Program-made: the position numbers and the translations under genes
Assembly (NCBI GenBank): GCA_963825315.1
Contig: CAWGST010000001.1
Coordinates: 2,645,460 to 2,709,459 of the forward strand
DNA length: 64,000 bases
Direction: 5' to 3'
From: an uncultured Verrucomicrobiae bacterium
Lineage (GTDB): Bacteria > Verrucomicrobiota > Verrucomicrobiia > Limisphaerales > Palsa-1400
Shown: piece after piece, positions 40,940 through 50,377 of the stretch
How the letters are laid out: the number at the start of each line of letters is the position of its first letter
Position numbering within the stretch: the first letter of the stretch is position 1
The notes under the pieces: model-generated
Told to the model about the DNA's origin: nothing
Databases searched by the model: none
Seen by the model: the letters and a program-made list of their open reading frames with translations, nothing else

Positions 40940-43539
40940 TTTGCAGTCCTTTTTGCACTGTCCGCGTCGCGCACCATCACCACATAATCGAGCGTCTGGC
41001 CCGGCACTTTCAACTTTTCGCCGGGCGCAAGGTCGCGGCTCCACAGTTCGGCGAAAGCGCGATTGAGCAGATGATCGCGCCAGACAGCCCCGGTTCCACT
41101 GGCTTTAAACCCGGCGGCGGCGAGCGACTCCCGCAATGCTTCCGCCGCGCTTGCAATCGCCGCATCCGGCTGCTTCAACGTCACGGTCGGATAAACGCCG
41201 GTCGAGAAGAGCACAAAAACCGTTGCCCCTTTCGCGGAGGGGTTGATGCGGAACTCCAGATCGGTTTTGAGCCTGGGGTCGCTCAGACGGCGCGTGGCGA
41301 TCCAATCCGCGCCTTCAACCTCGTTCGGCAGCACATCGAATGTGTTGTCCGAGGAACCGTCCACATCGGTATAAACCGGCCCTTGCGACTCGACGGGACG
41401 GCCGATAAAGCAGGCGGGATTTTCCGCGTTGGAGCTTTGCAAATCCTGCACCAGCGCGGCGGGGTCCGGCGCGCCTGCCGGTTTCTGGTAAATAATCATG
41501 CGGTCGCCGTGCCCCCGGCCATCGTCAACCTCCACAACGTTTCGCCCCGGCTTGAGCGGCGTTTTCCAGAAGAACACGTTTGCCACCGGGATGCCGGACA
41601 CGGGCGCAACTGTCCCGTCCCGCTTTTTCATCCCGGAATCCGGTATGCGATAACTTTCATTCTTAATTTTCTCAAGAGGCGCTCCGTTCAGTGTCAACTG
41701 TAATTCTTCGGCGTTGGAGTAGGCCTTTATGCCATTGTCGGGCGCAAAGGCCCGCAGAAAGTGGTGCCGCCCGCAAAGATGCACCACCGGCCTGGCGGGA
41801 TTGAGGAACGACTGAAACAAATAGTAAGTGTCCTTCGGCATGCCCGCCAGCGTCAGCAGCCCCTTGGTGTTGCGATTGTTTTTGAACTTCAAGTTGTAGA
41901 ACTCGCGGAAGTTCCACCATAAGAACATGGGGCGATTCTGCACGTCATTGCGGCAAACGGTCTGGAGCCGATACTCGGTAAACATCTCCGAGTACTCCTC
42001 AGGCTCGTATTTATCAACGGACCACTGAATGGCGCCGTACGGAACATGGTGGGTGATCCAATCGCCCGATCCGGTCTCGGAAACAATGGCATTTTGCGGC
42101 AGTCTGCTGAAATTGGTATAGGGGCCGTCGGTGTACCAGCCGTCGTAGGTGTTGTTCGCCACAAAATCGCAGTTCTGAGGTTCCCTGCCATTGGCCGCGT
42201 AAGTCACCAGGCGCGTGGGGTCCTCTTCCTGCCGAATCACGCTGGCGTAGTGGCTGACCACGTCCACAATGGTTTCGTTGCCGGCGCTCCAAAAAAGGAT
42301 GCTGGGATGGTTCCAGTTTTGCCGCACCATCTCACGGGTCAGGCGCTCGCCGTCGGGCGTAACGGTTTTTTCCTCGTTGCCCCGTGTCCAAGCCTGCCCC
42401 GAGAAGCCGTTCTCGGCCCACACCGCAATGCCGCGCTCGTCCGCGATGTCGTATTCCAGATGGCTGTGCGGATAATGCGGCAGACGGACCATGTTCACGC
42501 CCAGATCGGCTATCCACTGCCATTCGCAGCGCAAATCTTCATCGCTCACCGCGTTCCAGGAGTATTCATTTTGCGCATGCTTGTTGACGCCGCGAAACTG
42601 CGTCTCGCGCCCGTTCAGGAAAAAGCGCTTGTCCTTGATCGCGATGGTGCGCAGTCCCACCCGCTCCGTCACTGCGTCGCTTACCTGTCCGCCCACGCTG
42701 ATTTCAGTGCGAACCGTGTAAAGATTGGGCTGCCCAATATCCCAGAGTTTGGGCCGGGCGATTTTTCCCGCGGCCTTGATTGTGGCCGTTTCTCCGGCGG
42801 CAATGGTTTGTTTCGCCTCAAACTGCGCGCAAGCCGCGTTGCCGGGGTCGGTGACAAAATGGCGAACCACCACATCAACGGGCAGGGCGAGGGGATTCCG
42901 CACCACCGTCAGGGCGTTGAGATCGGCGTTGGCCTTGGTGATGCTGCCGGGTGTCAAATAAACGCCGCTCGAACCCATGTCCGGGAAAATATGCACCGCG
43001 CCGGTTTTCGCCAGCCAGGCCTTGCGGAACATGCCGCCATTGACGTAGTAGAGCGAGGAGCGCGAAAAGCAGTTCCGCGCGTCGCCATCGCGGTTGCTCA
43101 CGCGCACGGCCAGGGTGTTGGCCTGGCCGATCTTTAGCGCGTCGGTCAGGTCAAAGGCAGACGCCGAAAACGCGCCCTTGTGCCGGCCGATGAACTGGCC
43201 ATTGACGAAGACGTCTTTCACCGAGGCAGCCCCTTCCAGCACCAGATACACACGCCTGTTCCGGTCGGCCTCCGTCAGCGTTATGGTCTGGCGATACCAA
43301 CCGGCGGAGTTGTCAGGAAGGCCGGATTGGCGAAATACATGCGGAACAGCGATTTGCTTCCACTCCGCCGTTGTCGGTGGCTGGATCGTCGTCGCGTTGG
43401 TTTCAGCATCTTCGACAAACTCCCAAGTCGTCAGTGGAATGGACTCGCGTGGAGATGTTGCGGTTGATTTTGATTGCGTCCGCGTCGTGCATCCAGCGCA
43501 AGCGAGAGCAGCGAGTACGATTGTAACGAGTAATTTCAT
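40936..43539 (-). CDS. Glycoside hydrolase family 2 (beta-galactosidase/glucuronidase-like) lipoprotein
   Basis: Lipobox ACAGC, FFLNG..FRGVNKH, VRLPHYP, NHPSILFWSAGNE, VSETG. Confidence 0.88.
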   Translation of the reverse strand: MKLLVTIVLAALACAGCTTRTQSKSTATSPRESIPLTTWEFVEDAETNATTIQPPTTAEWKQIAVPHVFRQSGLPDNSAGWYRQTITLTEADRNRRVYLVLEGAASVKDVFVNGQFIGRHKGAFSASAFDLTDALKIGQANTLAVRVSNRDGDARNCFSRSSLYYVNGGMFRKAWLAKTGAVHIFPDMGSSGVYLTPGSITKANADLNALTVVRNPLALPVDVVVRHFVTDPGNAACAQFEAKQTIAAGETATIKAAGKIARPKLWDIGQPNLYTVRTEISVGGQVSDAVTERVGLRTIAIKDKRFFLNGRETQFRGVNKHAQNEYSWNAVSDEDLRCEWQWIADLGVNMVRLPHYPHSHLEYDIADERGIAVWAENGFSGQAWTRGNEEKTVTPDGERLTREMVRQNWNHPSILFWSAGNETIVDVVSHYASVIRQEEDPTRLVTYAANGREPQNCDFVANNTYDGWYTDGPYTNFSRLPQNAIVSETGSGDWITHHVPYGAIQWSVDKYEPEEYSEMFTEYRLQTVCRNDVQNRPMFLWWNFREFYNLKFKNNRNTKGLLTLAGMPKDTYYLFQSFLNPARPVVHLCGRHHFLRAFAPDNGIKAYSNAEELQLTLNGAPLEKIKNESYRIPDSGMKKRDGTVAPVSGIPVANVFFWKTPLKPGRNVVEVDDGRGHGDRMIIYQKPAGAPDPAALVQDLQSSNAENPACFIGRPVESQGPVYTDVDGSSDNTFDVLPNEVEGADWIATRRLSDPRLKTDLEFRINPSAKGATVFVLFSTGVYPTVTLKQPDAAIASAAEALRESLAAAGFKASGTGAVWRDHLLNRAFAELWSRDLAPGEKLKVPGQTLDYVVMVRDADSAKRTAK

Positions 43540-43615
43540 AAGTTATCGGCCATAAATCTTCTCCGGCTTTCGGTTTGTCGGTCAGGCAGGCCGTGACCAC
43601 AAAGGCGTTGGGGGT

Positions 43616-43873
43616 TCACGCACCGTATCCCTTGGGAGGGTTTTCTCGTAGCGCGATCGGGGCGGCGGCGGATTCAAACCCTTCCAACTCCACCCGCCGC
43701 ATTGTCTCTTGACCGCCGAAACGCTTTTGCGCGTCGAGAATTTCCAGCCCGGCCAGACGCCCTTCGCTGTCGTAATCCGCGGCGATGCCCTCGGCCAGAT
43801 GTTTGGTCGTGACCGTGGTTTTGCGGAAGGTGATGCTCAACGCATCCACTTCGGCGTCATAGCTGATCTTCAT
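43616..43873 (-). CDS. DUF2283 family protein (putative antitoxin)
   Basis: MKISYDAEVDALSI...IAADYDSEGRLAGLEILDA. Confidence 0.85.
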   Translation of the reverse strand: MKISYDAEVDALSITFRKTTVTTKHLAEGIAADYDSEGRLAGLEILDAQKRFGGQETMRRVELEGFESAAAPIALRENPPKGYGA

Positions 43874-43876
43874 GCC

Positions 43877-44131
43877 TTAAAAGTAATAGGTATAGACGGT
43901 TATCACAACTATTTCTTCCGTCTCCTCGACAAAGACAGGGCGCACCTGCTTGGTGGCATAAACCTTTCCGTTCCACTCGCGCTCATAGGCAAAATCTTTT
44001 CTGCACTCCAACCGCCCAAGCTCGGCTGCGCCCCACGCGCAAGTGCGGATGGCGTCCTCCACTTCCGCCACGGTGAAACCGCGTGAAGCGATATAACCCA
44101 AAGCGTGTTTGGAAAATCGAATTGTTTTCAT
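43877..44131 (-). CDS. DUF4258 family protein (putative RelE/BrnT-like toxin)
   Basis: IRFSKHA..RGF..EVEDAI...IVVITVY; 3 bp upstream of the DUF2283 gene. Confidence 0.75.
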   Translation of the reverse strand: MKTIRFSKHALGYIASRGFTVAEVEDAIRTCAWGAAELGRLECRKDFAYEREWNGKVYATKQVRPVFVEETEEIVVITVYTYYF

Positions 44132-44186
44132 TTCGCCGGGATGATGGGTGCAACCAGTTTACTTAAGTCCTTTTCATCTCCGGGCT

Positions 44187-44313
44187 GCCGAACGATTCAG
44201 CTTACCGACCGACCGCCGGGAACGGGCGTCGGCAGCGAATCCAGCGCCCGAAAAAGCCAACCCCCACGGAACCAAAGCACGGGCGACGGTTCGTGTGCGG
44301 CGAATGGTTAGGC
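44187..44313 (-). repeat. attC-like integron cassette recombination site (full, 127 bp)
   Basis: Minus strand: GCCTAAC-CATTC-GCCGCAC...GTAAGC-TGAATC-GTTCGGC; paralog of the 45039 and 49427 copies. Confidence 0.8.
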
Positions 44314-44372
44314 GGCGTCATTTCTTTCATTTTCTTTGCCTGAAGCCGGGCTGTTTTTGGGGAATCGTTCAT

Positions 44373-44461
44373 AATGGCTGTATACCACCGCCGGTTCGTT
44401 TATTGAAACACAAAAATCCAGTTCCTCCGGGCGGCGGTTCGTGTGCGGCAAATTGTTGTGC
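44373..44461 (-). repeat. attC half-site fused to promoter-like motif (type 2, copy 1)
   Basis: Minus strand: GCACAAC-AATTT-GCCGCAC-ACGAACCGCCG...TTTTTGTGTTTCAATAAACGAA...TGGTATACA-6nt-ATG. Confidence 0.6.
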
Positions 44462-44468
44462 CACACGG

Positions 44469-44981
44469 TCATGGTTGTCCTTCCTTCTGCTTCTGAATAA
44501 TCAAGCGCAACTCAGTAATGACACGCTGCCCTGCACTATACAAATCGGAACACTTGTCTCTTCCACTTTTTACCGACTCCAAATCGGTCTCAATGATTCG
44601 GACTCCGTCGTAGCAAACAAGGTAAAAACGAATACGTCCAGCATTGGGATATGGGTAATCCTGCGTCGGGGTCGCCTCATCGTAATGCTTCTCCGCAACC
44701 TTTACAAAACTCTTGGCAGAATCGCGCACAGATTCATGACCGATGCCCCCAAAAACACCGAATGTCCCTGTCGTATACACGCTGGCATCGCCGCTAGAAA
44801 ATGAGACAACACTCACGGTCCCTGATTCGATGGGCCAGTCCATGAGAACACCGTAGGCTCGCGGATACTCCGGTGTCGGCTTCTCGCCAAACTCCGCCGG
44901 TGGTGTGGTCAACATCTTCAATCGCAATTCGCGCATCACCTCGGCAGGACTCTTTTTTGGTGGCTCGTTCGTTTGTGACAT
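44469..44981 (-). CDS. Hypothetical cassette protein
   Basis: 170-aa ORF bounded by attC-like elements. The upstream in-frame hydrophobic stretch LIAVLVIGCFTA lacks a start codon. Confidence 0.65.
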   Translation of the reverse strand: MSQTNEPPKKSPAEVMRELRLKMLTTPPAEFGEKPTPEYPRAYGVLMDWPIESGTVSVVSFSSGDASVYTTGTFGVFGGIGHESVRDSAKSFVKVAEKHYDEATPTQDYPYPNAGRIRFYLVCYDGVRIIETDLESVKSGRDKCSDLYSAGQRVITELRLIIQKQKEGQP

Positions 44982-45038
44982 GGCAGTGAAGCACCCGATA
45001 ACCAGAACAGCTATGAGAGAATATGGGCGGATGGTGTG

Positions 45039-45164
45039 ACCCGCCGATTCCGCTCACCAACCGCCTCCGGGAACGGGCGTTGGCAGCGAATCCAGCGCCC
45101 GAAAAAGCCAAAGCCCTCGAAACCGAAACGTGGACGGCGGTTCGTGTGCGGCGAATTGTCCGGC
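45039..45164 (-). repeat. attC-like site, degenerate (126 bp)
   Basis: Same body as the other two full copies, but the core triplets are altered (GCCGGAC ... GGCGGGT). Confidence 0.7.
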
Positions 45165-45168
45165 TTCT

Positions 45169-45534
45169 TCATTCGAGTGCGGCGAAACGGTCTCGACCTC
45201 TCCAGAACGGGCATTGCGGGCAAGCCTCACCCTCCGGATAATCGATCCCTTCTTCATGCGGGCATCCGAAAATCTTCTCCACCATGGCCAGCGACTTCAC
45301 CTCGTGCTCCTTCAACCGCGCGAGAATGCTCTCCTGAATGTCGAGCTTGTGCCTGACATCTTTATCCTGGCTGAAATAGCGGTGGAGCGTGCCCTCGTCG
45401 CCATCGTAAAGAAAAATGCCGAGCACCGCCTTGGTGGCCTTTCTATCATCGGGGCCATAGAACGCCAGGGTGGCAAGCGGAAACCCCCGGTTTCCGAGCT
45501 TCGCCTTCCTGCGCAGTATCTTCATCGGCTTCAT
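45169..45534 (-). CDS. Conserved-looking hypothetical cassette protein with C-terminal Cys motif
   Basis: YGPDDRKATKAV and GCPHEEGIDYPEGEACPQCPFW; the stop is 4 bp from an attC-like site. Confidence 0.7.
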   Translation of the reverse strand: MKPMKILRRKAKLGNRGFPLATLAFYGPDDRKATKAVLGIFLYDGDEGTLHRYFSQDKDVRHKLDIQESILARLKEHEVKSLAMVEKIFGCPHEEGIDYPEGEACPQCPFWRGRDRFAALE

Positions 45535-45641
45535 GGTGTCGCTGTCGCCGAACGCCAGAATGAGCGGCCGCCGCCGGGAACGCAAGCCAAAGCATGAACG
45601 GCACGTCCATACGGGCGCATTTCATTTTTTTGGGTGGCCGC

Positions 45642-45716
45642 TCCTAATCTTAATCCTAATCCTAATCTTCTTCGCCCACAATTTGGATTAAGATTATGAT
45701 TAAGATTAAGATTAGG
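45642..45716. repeat. Hexamer-array palindrome (TAATCY)n...(RGATTA)n
   Basis: ctaatcttaatcctaatcctaatc ... gattaagattatgattaagattaagattagg. Confidence 0.8.
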
Positions 45717-45757
45717 AACCAGAAACCGCCCCCCAAAAAAACATTGAAATGCGCTGC

Positions 45758-46492
45758 TCATAGTTTGATCTTCACCTGATCCTCTTGCGCCCAGTCATTG
45801 TGTCCGCAAGGAATCTCGATGAACTGAGCGCCGGGAATCTGTCTTGCCAGAGCTTCAGCATGTCCAATCGGGATGATCGTGTCATCCCTGGCTCCGAAAA
45901 TCTCAACCGGGCCGGCATAGCGCCTCAGTGATTCCACATTATCCCAAGCGTCGCGGACCAGAAGCCGGACAGGCAGAAAAGGGAAATGCCTGGCGGCTAC
46001 ATTCGCCAAAGTATCGAAAGGCGTCACCAGCACGATCTTGTCCGGCGCAATTTTCTCCCGGGCCAGAGCGCAGGCGGGGCCGCTGCCGATGGACTCGCCC
46101 AGGACACAAACCGGGATGTTCAAATTCCGAGAGCGCAAGAGTTGGTACGCCTCTGACGCCGCCCGGTTCATGGATTCCAGGGAGGGACTCCCTTCACGAG
46201 AGCCGTATCCGGGGTACTCGAGCACGTAGAGGGAATCCTGCCCAGACATGCGCCGCAGGACGTAATCCCTGTCCGCAGCCTGGCCGCCGTTCCCGTGCAG
46301 CATCAACCAAATCGCGCGGGCGTTTGGCGCTTCCCGACAATAGCCTATGACGCGGGAGCCGTCCGACCATGGAGCCAGGCTGGTGGACGGTGTATCGTGC
46401 GTCGGGAAAAAGAGCATGGACCGTTGCCGAAACCAGGCAATCGCAACGACGGCCAAGTAGAACACAAGCAGAATTGCCGCTAATCGGAGCAC
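45758..46492 (-). CDS. Alpha/beta hydrolase
   Basis: HGNGG, YPGYG, nucleophile GESIG, DTIIP, GHN. Confidence 0.88.
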   Translation of the reverse strand: MLRLAAILLVFYLAVVAIAWFRQRSMLFFPTHDTPSTSLAPWSDGSRVIGYCREAPNARAIWLMLHGNGGQAADRDYVLRRMSGQDSLYVLEYPGYGSREGSPSLESMNRAASEAYQLLRSRNLNIPVCVLGESIGSGPACALAREKIAPDKIVLVTPFDTLANVAARHFPFLPVRLLVRDAWDNVESLRRYAGPVEIFGARDDTIIPIGHAEALARQIPGAQFIEIPCGHNDWAQEDQVKIKL

Positions 46493-46505
46493 GGATTTAA
46501 TAGGG

Positions 46506-46538
46506 AAAGGCTAAAGGCTGAAGGCTAAAGGCTAAAGG
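46506..46538. repeat. 7-bp tandem repeat (aaaggct)n
   Basis: aaaggct aaaggct gaaggct aaaggct aaagg. Confidence 0.75.
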
Positions 46539-46731
46539 AAAAATTGAAAGGCACGCCCCCAAGTCGGAAGCGGATTGGCTCATTTTGGCCATGTTAACTA
46601 AGTTTATCATGGTTTGACCCGCCTTCGCCGCAGCGGCTTCGGCGCGGCAAGCCCGCTTGAACTCTGATTACGTTGCAAGGCCTTCATTTTAAAGGTTTTT
46701 TAAAAAGTGTGACTTTTTGCATAAAAACAGA

Positions 46732-47790
46732 TCAGGGCCGGCCGGGGGAGATCGAAGCAACGGGACGCACGGTCAGGGCGCACGCGATGACGGGATTGCT
46801 CCGGGGCTGACAAAGGCCGCCTTGCGCGTTGTCCAGAAATTGCCCGCCGTTAATGAAGTTGTTGGTGCAGGAATCGTTGTTGACCTGGAACGCCCTGCCG
46901 CCGCACCCGACCACCCGCAGGTTGTTGAACTTGTTGCCCGTGCATTCGGTGGCGGGGTAAAGCCACCAACCGAAACGGCTCCACTCGCCCGCCTGCGCCA
47001 TAAAGACTCCGTCGTGCCGGCTGTGGCGAATCGTCACTCCTTCAAACACGTTGTTGTGCGAATCCCGCATGAAAATGCCCAGGTCGTTGCCAGTTAGAAC
47101 CGCGCCGTCAATGACATTATGGTCGAACTCCAGATCCAGCGAGATTCCCGCCGCCAGGTTGTCGTGCAGGTTCAACTGGCTGAAATGGCTGTCCTCGGTC
47201 CGGTAACAGGCCAGCCCGTCAAATTGATTGTCGTAGGCCGTGTAATCCCGCAACGTCAGACGCCGCGTCCGCCCTGTGGACACCAAGCCGCCGGAGCGGC
47301 AACGGCGGCAGATGACATGCTCGATAATGGCGTTGTCCGCGTCGCAGACTTGAACTCCGTTGTTATTAATGAGGACGCCATTGGTAAGAATTCGCCAAAG
47401 TTCCGTCTGCTGGTGAGTCCGGTTGCCGTCCACGAGCAGGTCGGAAAGATGCAGGCGCTGTGTCGGCCCTTTGGCTTTGTCCTTCGGAGGGGCCAGGATG
47501 ACGACGGTGCAATTGGCGTTGTCGGCCAGGGACAGAATCGTCTCCGGTCCGGCGCCGCGCAACGTTTGCCCGTCCTGCCGCAGGATAATCGGCTGATGGA
47601 CGAGGTAAATCCCCCGGCCCAGAACGACTTGAGCGCCGACGCCAAGCTTGTCCAGCGCCAGTTGAATCCCTTCCCCGCCGGCGACAGGAGGGACCTCCAG
47701 CGTCGCCGCGAGGCCGGACAAAGGAATGAGGAAGAGCAAAAGAACATTGGCGGCAAATGTTCCCGCCTTCAAGCTAAAGTTTGAGCTCAA
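46732..47790 (-). CDS. Secreted right-handed parallel beta-helix protein
   Basis: Signal peptide, GIQLALD, DGN, and repeated N..DG/N..AG beta-helix turns. Confidence 0.75.
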   Translation of the reverse strand: MSSNFSLKAGTFAANVLLLFLIPLSGLAATLEVPPVAGGEGIQLALDKLGVGAQVVLGRGIYLVHQPIILRQDGQTLRGAGPETILSLADNANCTVVILAPPKDKAKGPTQRLHLSDLLVDGNRTHQQTELWRILTNGVLINNNGVQVCDADNAIIEHVICRRCRSGGLVSTGRTRRLTLRDYTAYDNQFDGLACYRTEDSHFSQLNLHDNLAAGISLDLEFDHNVIDGAVLTGNDLGIFMRDSHNNVFEGVTIRHSRHDGVFMAQAGEWSRFGWWLYPATECTGNKFNNLRVVGCGGRAFQVNNDSCTNNFINGGQFLDNAQGGLCQPRSNPVIACALTVRPVASISPGRP

Positions 47791-47832
47791 ATTATTCCTT
47801 CGATGGTCATAGTCGCGTGCCGATTAATTTTT

Positions 47833-47924
47833 ATTCTACAACGGCTGGTTCGTTTGTTGAAACACAAAAATCCAGTCCCTGCGGGCGGGGGTTCGTGCGC
47901 GGCGAATTGTCAGCCGATGTGATC
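47833..47924 (-). repeat. attC half-site fused to promoter-like motif (type 2, copy 2)
   Basis: Minus strand: GATCACATC-GGCTGAC-AATTC-GCCGCGC-ACGAACC...TTTTTGTGTTTCAACAAACGAA...TTGTAGAAT. Confidence 0.6.
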
Positions 47925-48128
47925 CAATCAGTTGGGCCATATAAGACCATCGCAAAGCGTGTGCCGGATAGTCAGCGCAACAGCCGCGTTCGCATTGTGG
48001 CGATTCTTTTGCGCAAAGTGGCGTTAGAGGATATCTGCCGGAATGTTATAGTTGCATCAAGACCAATGGGCTTCGTCTAAAATGCTGGACCAGCCAAAGC
48101 CAGCCGGCGCTCCCGGCGGTCTTTTAGT

Positions 48129-48962
48129 ATGACTAACTCTGAAACAAAAAGTTCCCGGGGGTTTACCCTCATCGAACTGCTCGTGGTCATGGCAATCATC
48201 GCCATCCTGGCAGCGATGCTCCTGCCCGCGCTGGCCAGGGCGAAAATGTCAGCCCAACGCACTGCCTGCATAAGCAACACCAAGCAACTGACGCTTTCCT
48301 CGCTGCTTTATATTTCTGACGCCAACGGGCGCTGCTTTCCCGCTTATGACAACGTAGCCGAAGACGCGGGCGGGCTTTGGATGAGCAATCTGACTGCTTA
48401 TGATGCGAAGGTGGACAAGGTGCGTTTGTGTCCTTCCGCCAGCATTTCGAATTACAATGTGAATCCCAATTACGCGGGCGCGGGCGCGTGTGACACCGCT
48501 TGGGTCTGGAATCAGTCAAGGCCGTGGTTGCAGGGCAGCTACGCCATAAACGGCTGGTTTTATTCCAGCACCGGCGCCGGAGCATGGCTCGCCAATCAGA
48601 ACGAGGCAACCAACTACTTTAACAAGGAAGGGAATGTTCAGAAACCGTCCCTGACACCCATCTTTGCGGACTCCGTCTGGGTTGACTTCGAGCCGATGGA
48701 AACGGACATGCCAGGTGTAAATCTTTATCTCTGCGGCGGATGGGTGAACCCTGCTGCGATGGAGCGCATCGTCACGCCCCGCCACGGCTGGACAAATCCC
48801 AAATTGGCGCCGACATTCCATCCCGTTAACCAAAGACTCCCTGGCGGCATTGATATCGGGATTATCGATGGCCATGTCGAACAACCCAAATTGGAGCAGC
48901 TTTGGAATTACTCCTGGCATTTGAATTGGGTTGTCCCAAGTCCAAGACCGGGCCTTAAGTAA
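48129..48962 (+). CDS. Prepilin-type N-terminal domain protein (DUF1559-like)
   Basis: [46 protein letters not shown]...IDGHVE. Confidence 0.9.
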   Translation: MTNSETKSSRGFTLIELLVVMAIIAILAAMLLPALARAKMSAQRTACISNTKQLTLSSLLYISDANGRCFPAYDNVAEDAGGLWMSNLTAYDAKVDKVRLCPSASISNYNVNPNYAGAGACDTAWVWNQSRPWLQGSYAINGWFYSSTGAGAWLANQNEATNYFNKEGNVQKPSLTPIFADSVWVDFEPMETDMPGVNLYLCGGWVNPAAMERIVTPRHGWTNPKLAPTFHPVNQRLPGGIDIGIIDGHVEQPKLEQLWNYSWHLNWVVPSPRPGLK

Positions 48963-48984
48963 CGGCAAATCCATCATTGCCGAT

Positions 48985-49416
48985 TCATTTGGGCGTGGTC
49001 TTGATCTCCACTAATTTTGCAATCATCGGAATGTCGCTCAATGAGGTTGCCGGAAAACGAATCCCCCGCCCTTCGGCATACGGCCTCGCTTCTGAAAACA
49101 TCTTCTTGATCGCAACGGGAAGCGAACTGGCCATGGCAAGGCCATAGGCGCGCTCACCAAGAACAATCGCCAGCCAAACCTTCTCCTTGTCCGGCGTGAT
49201 ATAGAGCAGCGTTCTCTTCTTGTGCTGCAGCAGGCACATGCGCCCAAACCCGGCTTTGGACGGCTTCCACTGCTTGTCGAGCGGAACGAACATCTCTTCG
49301 ACGGCGTGGACAATGCCAGACCACAAATCGCCGGCAGAACCGAGAATGGCCTTCAGTTCGGAGTCAGTTGGGGGTTTTGCCTTGGCGGGCATCTTACGAA
49401 TGGTGTATTGTCTCAA
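48985..49416 (-). CDS. DUF3788-like cassette protein
   Basis: KKRTLLYITP, VLGE, YAEGRGIRF, LVEIK. TTG start 10 bp after a GTTAGGC core site. Confidence 0.65.
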   Translation of the reverse strand: MRQYTIRKMPAKAKPPTDSELKAILGSAGDLWSGIVHAVEEMFVPLDKQWKPSKAGFGRMCLLQHKKRTLLYITPDKEKVWLAIVLGERAYGLAMASSLPVAIKKMFSEARPYAEGRGIRFPATSLSDIPMIAKLVEIKTTPK

Positions 49417-49426
49417 TACGCTGGTC

Positions 49427-49552
49427 GCCTAACAATTCAACTCACCGACCGCCGCCGGGAACGGGCGTTGGCAGCGAATCCAGCGTCCGAACAAGCCAAA
49501 GCCCCCGAACCCACAGCACGGGCGGCGGTTCGTGTGCAGCGAATTGTTATGA
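49427..49552 (-). repeat. attC-like integron cassette recombination site (full, 126 bp)
   Basis: Minus strand: TCATAAC (contains the upstream gene's TAA stop)-AATTC-GCTGCAC...GTGAGT-TGAATT-GTTAGGC. Confidence 0.85.
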
Positions 49553-50377
49553 ACCTTTTTTCTCAAATGGCTCCCGCAAAAACTCCCATGGATTCCATGG
49601 AATGCTTAATGGTTTTCCTTGCCGGGTCTTAAACCTTTCTCTCTGCTGCACTGTCAAAATCTGCAAGATTCTGTCGTCACGCTGCCTCGTCATCTGCTGA
49701 AGCCTGGGGATAAGCTCATTCATTTCGCGTGTGCGATCCTGCTCGGTTTCGTTCTGGCTATACCCGCTTATGAAACCACGTCCAAACTTCTGTAGGGTGG
49801 GGATCATCTCCTGATCTGTTGTGCGCACCACCTCTCGCATCTGCTCCATCTGACCCGTGTCAATTCCTAACGCAGATGCCGATTTAGCGTCGACCACAAG
49901 GAGGACTGGGCCACGAACTTGCAGGACGATTTGGTTGAGGCGATCCCTTTGCGGCGGGGTCAGGATGCGCTGCAATTCCTGAGTGTGGAACTGTGCAGTA
50001 ATCTTTCCGATCTGGCGGGATGACTCCAGATTCTGAGCTTGGTGTTCCTCTTCGGTGAGATCAGTCCATTGCTTTGCTGCTCTCCGCTGCGCGATGAACT
50101 CCATCAGACCTGGAATCTGATCCGACGGTGCCTGATATGCCTTCAGGATGGACGTGATCTGTTCTTGTGATAGTCCGATGTCGGCTTGGGCCTCTGGACG
50201 TTCAAGCACTCGGAACCGCGTTTTTAGTGTCTCCGTCTGAGGGTCAGTCGCGGGAGATACGCGGCCGATCTCAAAGAAATCGATGTAGCACCGTGCCGAC
50301 TGACTCTTCTTCGGAGCTTGGCAACCGGCGAGCAGGATCCCACACGCGGTGAGTGTGAAAATCGCTCTAAGATTCAT
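49547..50377 (-). CDS. Hypothetical cassette lipoprotein
   Basis: Lipobox LLAGC, helical body, lower GC; the stop codon lies inside the attC R'' box. Confidence 0.75.
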   Translation of the reverse strand: MNLRAIFTLTACGILLAGCQAPKKSQSARCYIDFFEIGRVSPATDPQTETLKTRFRVLERPEAQADIGLSQEQITSILKAYQAPSDQIPGLMEFIAQRRAAKQWTDLTEEEHQAQNLESSRQIGKITAQFHTQELQRILTPPQRDRLNQIVLQVRGPVLLVVDAKSASALGIDTGQMEQMREVVRTTDQEMIPTLQKFGRGFISGYSQNETEQDRTREMNELIPRLQQMTRQRDDRILQILTVQQRERFKTRQGKPLSIPWNPWEFLREPFEKKGS

